In this document: in pieces, positions 24,369 to 33,574 of the stretch | How positions within the stretch are numbered: position 1 is the first letter of the stretch | Layout: each line of letters starts with the position of its first letter | NCBI GenBank assembly: GCA_964453605.1 | Contig: CAYVOI010000001.1 | Span: 676,095-740,094, forward strand | Origin: an uncultured Gammaproteobacteria bacterium | GTDB lineage: Bacteria; Patescibacteriota; Patescibacteriia; Veblenbacterales; UBA10138 | Direction: 5' to 3' | DNA length: 64,000 nucleotides | The notes under the pieces: model-generated | Told to the model about the DNA's origin: nothing | What the model saw: only the letters and a program-made list of their open reading frames with translations | Databases searched by the model: none | Program-made: the position numbers and the translations under genes

Positions 24369-26402
24369 TTACCTACCCTCTCGCATGAACCCGAGGAAGA
24401 ACTGCAGGCCGTTGAAGCACTCGAACAGGCACACCTGCAGCCACTTCAGTGGATTCCACAGGTGGCGGTACCACTGGCACCAGACCTGGCTGATGTAGGT
24501 TCGCGATGAAACGCGGGCGAAGGGGTTGTGCTTGTAGAACCACAGCGCGAGCGACGACGGCACCCGCACCTCGGGCACCTCAGCCTTGAAACGAGCGTAG
24601 AGCGCACGCAGCTCGGAAACCTTCACCAGGCGCCAATCGACCACCCCCTTACGGGCACGGGCGACCAGCTCGGTGAGGCGCTCTTCCGCCGCAGGAATAG
24701 GCCGGCTCCTCAGCCACACCTCTTGGAACTGCAGGTAGAGCTTCACGAGCTCCCGCAGGCGGTAGGCAGCGGCGCGCGCCCTCCCCCACCAGAACGGCAG
24801 CCAGGCTTCGCGAGGGAACCCCGGCCTCCGCTCGTCGCGGTAGCGCACGGTCCAGAAACCGCAGTTCATGGGATGCAACCCCTCGATACGTGCAGCGTAC
24901 AGGTACCAGGCGAAAAACCACAGCTGCGCCCAGTAGTGCTTGCGGTTACCGCGCCAGCCCTTGAGCACCTGAACCATGTGGTCGGTAGAGTAGAACCACC
25001 GCCAAATGTCACGGTGTGTCTGTGCAAGGTCTGCAGCCGACATACTTTGGGGCAGTACGGCCACGTGGTTTGAGTCGTAGGTGTTAAAATCAGGATGCAT
25101 CCAACGACCCTCCTTCCACCACGTTTGGTGATCTTCCGACCCTGGCAGCGGGGTAAGAATATAGAACGAAGCTGAGTTGAAGCCGATAGCCTGAAGCTGG
25201 CAAATGTCCTCACGAATGCTGGCACGCGTGTCAAATTCCAAGCCAATGATATATCCGGCGTGGCACGTCATGCCTAAGGCATTGCAGTGTTTGACCAGCG
25301 ACTCATACTCCTTCACTTGGTTCTGGTACTTACCCTGCGCCTTCAGGTTCTGCTGGTTCATGGTCTCCAGGCCGAAGAATACCTGGTTGCAGCCGGCGCG
25401 GGCTGCCAACTGGAAGAAATCACTGTTCTTCCCCTTCCTGGCCGCCAGGTCAGCCTGCATCATGAACGTAAAGGGAATGCCCTCGGCCTCGCGGAGAGCG
25501 GCCAGGCCAGCGAACAGTTCGCGCCAGCGCGGGTTGCGGGCCAGGTTGTCGTCGGTGAAAAAACAGTGGCGAACGCCGACGGCGTGGTAGTTGCGGCGGA
25601 CAAACTCTACCACCTGGTGCGGGTCGCGGCAGCGCATGGTGTTCCCCTGCACGTTTATGATGGTGCAGAACTTGCAGGCGAACACGCAGCCGCGGCCGGT
25701 ATCAAGGGTACTGAACGGTGAAGCGAACCCCTTGAGATCAGACTTGGTAAGCCTGGGGATGGGCAAATTGGTGAGGTCGGGCGTCTCTTTCAGGAAATCG
25801 TAGAGCGGCTGAGCTTGTCCACGTACGACATCGGCGATAATGTTCGGTAACCGGTCGCCTTCCACCTCTCCAGCCACGAGCGTAATACCGCGATCCATAG
25901 CTGCCTTGAGGTCGTCCGTTAGGCCGATCATCGCCAGCATACCGCTGACGTGAAACCCCCCAATGAGCACGGCAATGCCGTGGGGCAGGAACTGGGCCGC
26001 AATATCATTAGCCCGTGGGTACTGGTTGGTTTGCACGCCCACGAACATGACAATCGCTTTCACGCCACGGCGGCGCGACTGCCTGATGATATCCCGCACC
26101 GGCACACGCTGAATTGCCTCGTCGATGAGGCGCACGTTGAGCTGTAGGCCTTGAAAAAACGGGTACCGGGTGAGATTACGCGTGAGGCAACCCATTTGGG
26201 TAAGGGTGTTACTGCGGATGACCCCGATACGTGTACGAATGGGGTAGCCGTCATCGGTGTAGTTGGTGCAGCGCACCAGCGTAATATCGAGCGTGTCGAC
26301 GCCGTACCTGTGCGCGGTCGTATTTGTCTGCAGCACGTGGTTCATAACTCCTCCTTTCATCAGAGGTTTAACGGTTGATATTGTATTGTCAATTATTTGC
26401 AA
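24369..26402 (-). CDS. B12-binding domain-containing radical SAM protein (class B). The start is probably an internal Met.
   Basis: 'GRGCVFACKFCTI' CxxxCxxC radical-SAM cluster motif after an N-terminal Rossmann-like B12-binding region ('GVKAIVMFVGVQTNQY...LIGGFHVS'). Long C-terminal extension. Confidence 0.8.
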   Translation of the reverse strand: MQIIDNTISTVKPLMKGGVMNHVLQTNTTAHRYGVDTLDITLVRCTNYTDDGYPIRTRIGVIRSNTLTQMGCLTRNLTRYPFFQGLQLNVRLIDEAIQRVPVRDIIRQSRRRGVKAIVMFVGVQTNQYPRANDIAAQFLPHGIAVLIGGFHVSGMLAMIGLTDDLKAAMDRGITLVAGEVEGDRLPNIIADVVRGQAQPLYDFLKETPDLTNLPIPRLTKSDLKGFASPFSTLDTGRGCVFACKFCTIINVQGNTMRCRDPHQVVEFVRRNYHAVGVRHCFFTDDNLARNPRWRELFAGLAALREAEGIPFTFMMQADLAARKGKNSDFFQLAARAGCNQVFFGLETMNQQNLKAQGKYQNQVKEYESLVKHCNALGMTCHAGYIIGLEFDTRASIREDICQLQAIGFNSASFYILTPLPGSEDHQTWWKEGRWMHPDFNTYDSNHVAVLPQSMSAADLAQTHRDIWRWFYSTDHMVQVLKGWRGNRKHYWAQLWFFAWYLYAARIEGLHPMNCGFWTVRYRDERRPGFPREAWLPFWWGRARAAAYRLRELVKLYLQFQEVWLRSRPIPAAEERLTELVARARKGVVDWRLVKVSELRALYARFKAEVPEVRVPSSLALWFYKHNPFARVSSRTYISQVWCQWYRHLWNPLKWLQVCLFECFNGLQFFLGFMREGR

Positions 26403-26468
26403 TGTTAGTAAGATCTTTTAAGCTTATTCTTTATTATTTTTACCGCACCGTCAAGAGGCTAAGCAAAA

Positions 26469-26500
26469 ATCGGCGAGTGCCTAGGCACTCGCCGATTTCC
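26469..26500 (-). terminator. intrinsic terminator downstream of gyrB: a 15-bp perfect stem (aaatcggcgagtgcc/ggcactcgccgattt) followed by TTTTT on the minus strand
   Basis: Perfect palindrome with a flanking A-run on the plus strand, equivalent to a U-run on the minus strand. Confidence 0.7.
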
Positions 26501-26580
26501 CGGCATAACCCCCAAACTAAATATCCAAATTCTTTACCCTCCTTCGTCCGCCAGCTGGCGGACTACGGCGGGCAGGCGTT

Positions 26581-28701
<2,121 letters not shown>

Positions 28702-28710
28702 TTAATACAG

Positions 28711-30825
28711 CTAATTGGGCAAAAGTTCCAGATTAATCTCAGCTAGTGCAGCTAACGGCTTCAGGCTCGACTTCATAAACTGCACCAAGGCTACACCGCC
28801 AACGTGCTTGCCCTGCACCATAACCTTAGCTGCTGAGGGGCCCACAGGCTCAAGCGTAAAGGTAAACCCTAGGACCCCGGCCACACTGTCGAGCGCACCG
28901 CGGAGTAGTTGGTACGTGCGAGCCGCGTCATTGCCTGGTAACCTCAGGGCAACCGCAAGATGCCACGGCTGCTGCGGTAGCGTAGCTGAGCCCTCCCCGG
29001 CCGGCAAGCCCCCCGAGCTTTCGGTGAACACGCGACCAAGCTCAAACATTTGCACTAGTTGCTGCGGCAGGTGCAACGCATTCAGAATAAGCTGGGAGAC
29101 AAAATTTGGCATAAGCGCCGCGCGAAGGTTTGGCTCAGCCTGGTTCACGGGGTTCATGAGCTCAAGCAGCTCCGGTGGCACGGTGGCCAAGGTAGTCAGT
29201 ACTTCAGGAGGTAAGACCTCAAGGGCGCGGCTGCCAAGGAATGAGTAACTTAAAGATTCTGTGTACCCTTGGGCCACCAACACGTCGCGCACCTTCCAAC
29301 GCGCCACCTGATCTGGCTCTCTTTCAGGCGCCATGGCCTCAGACTTTGGCAGTGCCAAGGGAATGTTGCCGTAGCCGTACATGCGTGCTACTTCTTCAAG
29401 CAAGTCCTCAGGTATGGTGATGTCGCGGGTGGCGCGCCAAGAAGGGGCGGTAACCAAAAGTTCACCAGCCTTTTTCTGCACCGTAAACCCTAAGCGCTCC
29501 AAAATACCAACTACCTCGGCCTCGGGAATAACTGTTCCCAACCGCTTGTAGAGCCACGGCAGCGAAAGCGCAATGGGTGCGGCAGCTGGCGGATCGTCAT
29601 ACACATCTACCACCGGGCTCGCGACGCGGGCGCCTGGGCAGAGCTCGGTGAGGAGTTCAACCGCGCGCCGTAAAGCTAGTTCAGGGAGTTTAGGGTCCAG
29701 CGCCTTTTCAAACCGCGCCGAGGCCTCGGTTCTGAGGCCTAAAGCCGTGGCGGTCTTCCGCACATTCACAGCTTCAAACGTAGCAGACTCAAGCACAATG
29801 TTGGCCGTACTAGCCGAAACTTCGCTCGTCTGCCCGCCCATTACCCCAGCTATAGCCTGAGCCTGCGTTCGGTCGGCGATCATAAGCATAGACTCATCGA
29901 GTGTACGCGTAATACCATCGAGTGTTACAAATTTTTCCCCTTGCTTGGCCTGGCGAATCACAATGTCTGTACCACCAAGCTTATCCAAGTCAAACGCGTG
30001 AAGTGGCTGGCCCAGCTCGAGCATAACGTAGTTGGTAATATCCACAATCACGTTTATAGGCCGCATGCCCAAAGCGGTAAGCGCCTGCCTGAGCCAGGCT
30101 GGCGACTCGGCTGCCTTCACACCTTCCACAGCCACGGCCATGTACCGCACAACCTTGGCTGGCTTTTTCACGCTCACCATGAGCGGCACATCTATCTCGG
30201 GCTTGAGTTCTGCTGTCTCGGGCAACCTGAGTGGTGCCTTCCACAATGCTGCGAGCTCACGCGCTAACCCCAGGTGCCCCCACAGGTCAGGCCGATGGGT
30301 AATAGACTTATTATCGATGTCCAAAACCACATCACAGAGCTCCAGCGCCTCAGCTACCGGCGTACCGGGCCGCGCAGAGAGGTGCGAGAGGTCCATTATG
30401 CCGTGTTCTATCGCGGCTGAGTCGGGCAGTTCCAGCTCCTCAGCGGCACAAATCATACCGTGTGACTCTACACCGCGGATTTTGGCGGCTTGAAGCTCAG
30501 TCCAGTTGTCTTCGCCGTGCCAGCGAACCTGCGCGCCGATTTTTGCAAAGGCAACCTTTATGCCCTCTTTCAAGTTCACACCACCACAGACAACATCAAA
30601 CTGCTCACTGCCGCAGTCCACGTGTGCCAGCTTGAGCTTGTCGGCGTTGGGGTGTGATTCAACTTTGGTAACCAAACCAACCACCACATTGTTGAGGCGC
30701 TCGACCTGGCTCTCCCAGCTCTCCACCTCGACAACCGACATAGTCAGCTGCTCAGCCAGCTCCCGCGCCGTAAATTTCCGTGGCGGCGTAACAAACTTTT
30801 TCAAAATGTCGTAGGAAACTTTCAT
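28711..30825 (-). CDS. pheT: phenylalanine--tRNA ligase beta subunit
   Basis: N-terminal tRNA-binding (OB) domain 'LVTKVESHPNADKLKLAHVDCG', B3/B4 and B5 domains, ~700 aa. Adjacent to pheS. Confidence 0.9.
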   Translation of the reverse strand: MKVSYDILKKFVTPPRKFTARELAEQLTMSVVEVESWESQVERLNNVVVGLVTKVESHPNADKLKLAHVDCGSEQFDVVCGGVNLKEGIKVAFAKIGAQVRWHGEDNWTELQAAKIRGVESHGMICAAEELELPDSAAIEHGIMDLSHLSARPGTPVAEALELCDVVLDIDNKSITHRPDLWGHLGLARELAALWKAPLRLPETAELKPEIDVPLMVSVKKPAKVVRYMAVAVEGVKAAESPAWLRQALTALGMRPINVIVDITNYVMLELGQPLHAFDLDKLGGTDIVIRQAKQGEKFVTLDGITRTLDESMLMIADRTQAQAIAGVMGGQTSEVSASTANIVLESATFEAVNVRKTATALGLRTEASARFEKALDPKLPELALRRAVELLTELCPGARVASPVVDVYDDPPAAAPIALSLPWLYKRLGTVIPEAEVVGILERLGFTVQKKAGELLVTAPSWRATRDITIPEDLLEEVARMYGYGNIPLALPKSEAMAPEREPDQVARWKVRDVLVAQGYTESLSYSFLGSRALEVLPPEVLTTLATVPPELLELMNPVNQAEPNLRAALMPNFVSQLILNALHLPQQLVQMFELGRVFTESSGGLPAGEGSATLPQQPWHLAVALRLPGNDAARTYQLLRGALDSVAGVLGFTFTLEPVGPSAAKVMVQGKHVGGVALVQFMKSSLKPLAALAEINLELLPN

Positions 30826-30830
30826 TCGTT

Positions 30831-31742
30831 CTATTTATTCAAATTATAGCTTTGCTTAATAAGCTCAACGGCGGTAATAAAATCACTGTCTTTATTAAGC
30901 TTCACCTCATAATCACCATTACCCCAGTGCCCCGTAGGTTTTGGTTTCGTCAAATCGCGGGCGAGGTGATTTGGATCTTGTAACTCTCCGCTCTTAACAT
31001 TTAAAAAAATCTTTATATCCTTACTTCTAATCTCAACGTCGACAAAATTGGTTGACAATTTATAAGCAATATACAGTTTCTTAGGCTCCTCCTTAATCTT
31101 TTCGTCAAGCTCTAAAATTTGCTCACGCAATTTAAAAAATAGCGTCTTAATATTTACGTCTGCTTTTCTGAGATGGTATTCCACTGAATAATTTTTTTGC
31201 AGCGACTCTGTCTGCCTCTTTTCCACCCTTGATGTCTCACCTATCTGCGAGGAGGTTCTAACATTCTGATAACGTTCGGGTTCAAGATAAAGAATGTCGT
31301 CGCTGTAAATTCGGTAACGAAACAATTCGATATTAATTGGTAAAAGATCCGCTACATCAAGATCGAACTTGTTGTAGCTCTCAGCAACACAAATAACCCG
31401 AGGTGAGTCCCAATCAATCTCAACATCGACCTTCTTACTCCGGCACAAAACTCCAAAATCAGCTTTATGATCCAGGAGCCAGCGTAAGTAAGCCAAGCCC
31501 TGATTTATAACATTATTATTTTGTTTTTTCTTGTATTCAATGATGCAGGGCGAACCATGTTTATCTATGCCCAGAGTGTCAATGCGTCCCCCAAAACTCG
31601 TAGCATACTCGTGCGCGAGGAAAGTAATATACAGAACCTCTTCTAGGTTAGCTTCAAAAAGTAACTGCAACTCCCGCTCTAAGTCCAGGCCGCGTGCGTT
31701 TAATCTCTTGACCACCTTACCCTCAATTTTAAACAACGCCAT
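30831..31742 (-). CDS. hypothetical protein with a PD-(D/E)xK nuclease-like core. Low-GC gene inserted between pheS and pheT.
   Basis: 'GGRIDTLGIDKHGSPCIIEYKKK' gives a D...E-x-K arrangement. The gene is ~38% GC against a ~58% background. Confidence 0.45.
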   Translation of the reverse strand: MALFKIEGKVVKRLNARGLDLERELQLLFEANLEEVLYITFLAHEYATSFGGRIDTLGIDKHGSPCIIEYKKKQNNNVINQGLAYLRWLLDHKADFGVLCRSKKVDVEIDWDSPRVICVAESYNKFDLDVADLLPINIELFRYRIYSDDILYLEPERYQNVRTSSQIGETSRVEKRQTESLQKNYSVEYHLRKADVNIKTLFFKLREQILELDEKIKEEPKKLYIAYKLSTNFVDVEIRSKDIKIFLNVKSGELQDPNHLARDLTKPKPTGHWGNGDYEVKLNKDSDFITAVELIKQSYNLNK

Positions 31743-31754
31743 AGTACGGTTTAG

Positions 31755-32789
31755 TTAAAACTTTTCCAAGAACTTCATATCGCCGGAAAGCAATGAGCGT
31801 ATGTCGTCTAACTTATAGCGCATCATAACAAGCCTGGAAAGGCCAAGACCAAAGGCAAAGCCGCTATACTCTTTAGGGTTCACCCCGCCGTACTCAAGCA
31901 CCCTGGGGTGTACTAAACCACAGGGCAATAGCTCTACCCAGCCTCGCTGTTTGCACACGCTGCAACCCTTGCCCTCACATACAAAGCAGCGAATATCAAG
32001 CTCAAACCCTGGCTCCACGAATGGAAAATAACCAGGCCGCAGACGAACCTCAACCTCGCGCTTAAAAATGCCAGTGAGGAGCGCCTTCATAGTGGCAATG
32101 AGGTGGGAAATAGAAATGTCTTTCCCTACCACTAAACCTTCCATTTGCCAAAACGTAGTTTCGTGGCTGGCGTCAGTCGCCTCGTACCGGAAAACTCGCC
32201 CGGGCACCACAGCCCTAAGTGGCGCGCCATATTTTTTAAGCGCACGCACCTGCATGGCCGAAGTGTGCGTGCGCAGCAGCCAGCGGTTGTCGGCTTCACC
32301 GCCTTTAACATAGAACGTATCTTGCGTATCGCGCGCCGGGTGCCAAACAGGGATGTTGAGTGCTTCAAAGTTGTAGAACTCACTCTCGAGCTCCGGCCCA
32401 TCGAGCACCATAAAACCCATGGAGCGAAACAGCTCTTCGAGCTCGCGCTGAACAAGGGAGACGGGGTGAAGGTGCCCGGTAGTTTTTTCTGTAACACCTG
32501 GCAAGCTAACGTCGAGGGTAGGTGCTGCGCCACTACCCAGAGACTGGGCGATGTTGTTAAAGGCTTGCTCAATGTCGAGCTTCACCTGGTTGAGGAAGGC
32601 ACCAACCTTTGGTCGCTCCTGCTCGGCAAGCTCGGTAACCTGCTTCATGAGCGTAGCCAACTCACCCTTGCGTCCAAGGTACTTTACGCGGAACTCTTCT
32701 ACTCCCGCACTCTCGGTGAGTGTCTTGAGCTCCTCAAGGGCACGCTTCCGTAGGTGTTCTAGTTCTTTCAACACAAAGTTAGTAATCAA
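31755..32789 (-). CDS. pheS: phenylalanine--tRNA ligase alpha subunit
   Basis: Class II motifs 'FRxE' ('GRVFRYEATDASHETTFWQMEG'), 'GFAFGLGLSRLVMM', ~344 aa. Confidence 0.95.
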   Translation of the reverse strand: MITNFVLKELEHLRKRALEELKTLTESAGVEEFRVKYLGRKGELATLMKQVTELAEQERPKVGAFLNQVKLDIEQAFNNIAQSLGSGAAPTLDVSLPGVTEKTTGHLHPVSLVQRELEELFRSMGFMVLDGPELESEFYNFEALNIPVWHPARDTQDTFYVKGGEADNRWLLRTHTSAMQVRALKKYGAPLRAVVPGRVFRYEATDASHETTFWQMEGLVVGKDISISHLIATMKALLTGIFKREVEVRLRPGYFPFVEPGFELDIRCFVCEGKGCSVCKQRGWVELLPCGLVHPRVLEYGGVNPKEYSGFAFGLGLSRLVMMRYKLDDIRSLLSGDMKFLEKF

Positions 32790-33171
32790 TCCGTGGGCTG
32801 CGCCGAGCTGACAGTAAGAAAAACTCGAGCAAGGTTAACCCTACAATAAGTAGCCCCAAGTTCCACCAGGTGAGCAGCTTGTTGGCCTGAAGCAGAAGCG
32901 CGCCGACTGCCATAGCGGCGAGCAGTAGCCCCTGGCGGAAGGAGATAGAGACATGACGAAAGAGCACCTCGTCGCGGTGCCTAAAGTGCCTCCAGGCAAA
33001 ACCAAATAAGGTCAGGGTACCAGTGATGCTTAAGAACAGCGAAAGGTAAAAGAACGCAAACCCCAACATTCCAGCTGTATCGGGGCTCAGGTAGTTAAGA
33101 ACTACGAAAAACGCCCCCCACGCCACGGCAGTGCCAATTGCCATCCAAATTAAGTACTGCTTCAAACTCAT
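32779..33171 (-). CDS. small integral membrane protein (4 TM)
   Basis: 130 aa, hydrophobic throughout. Confidence 0.4.
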   Translation of the reverse strand: MSLKQYLIWMAIGTAVAWGAFFVVLNYLSPDTAGMLGFAFFYLSLFLSITGTLTLFGFAWRHFRHRDEVLFRHVSISFRQGLLLAAMAVGALLLQANKLLTWWNLGLLIVGLTLLEFFLLSARRSPRIDY

Positions 33172-33277
33172 GATTTAGGCTAAAATAAGACAAAAAAGAG
33201 GTATTTACCTACCCCCTAATTGTAGCAGATTTTATGCCTTTCTACAAGCCTAAAACTAGGCAAAAATAGACCTAATG

Positions 33278-33568
33278 TTAGCCAAAAATTCGCAACCGGT
33301 AGCGCCTACCCTGGAGGGCTGCCTGGAGGGCATCTTCCAAAGGGATTTGGGCCATGCGAAGCTCGCTCGCTAGGGCCGCAGAATTAACCAGTACTTCTAA
33401 GGTATCGCCGCGCACAGCGAGCTTCCGAAAGGCCTCTTTGGTAGACTCGCCAAAACGTTTAGCAACCTCAACCTTAAACGCCTCAGTAACTTGAGCAGCT
33501 TGCACCGCCTGGGTTATACCGTGCTCACGTAAACGGTCTGACAGTGCTCGTTTTAGCGATTGAAACAT
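33278..33568 (-). CDS. DUF721 (DciA-like) protein
   Basis: ~96 aa. 'LSDRLREHGITQAVQAAQVTEAFKVEVAKRFG...' resembles the DUF721 proteins found near gyrB/recF. Confidence 0.5.
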   Translation of the reverse strand: MFQSLKRALSDRLREHGITQAVQAAQVTEAFKVEVAKRFGESTKEAFRKLAVRGDTLEVLVNSAALASELRMAQIPLEDALQAALQGRRYRLRIFG

Positions 33569-33574
33569 AAGAGG

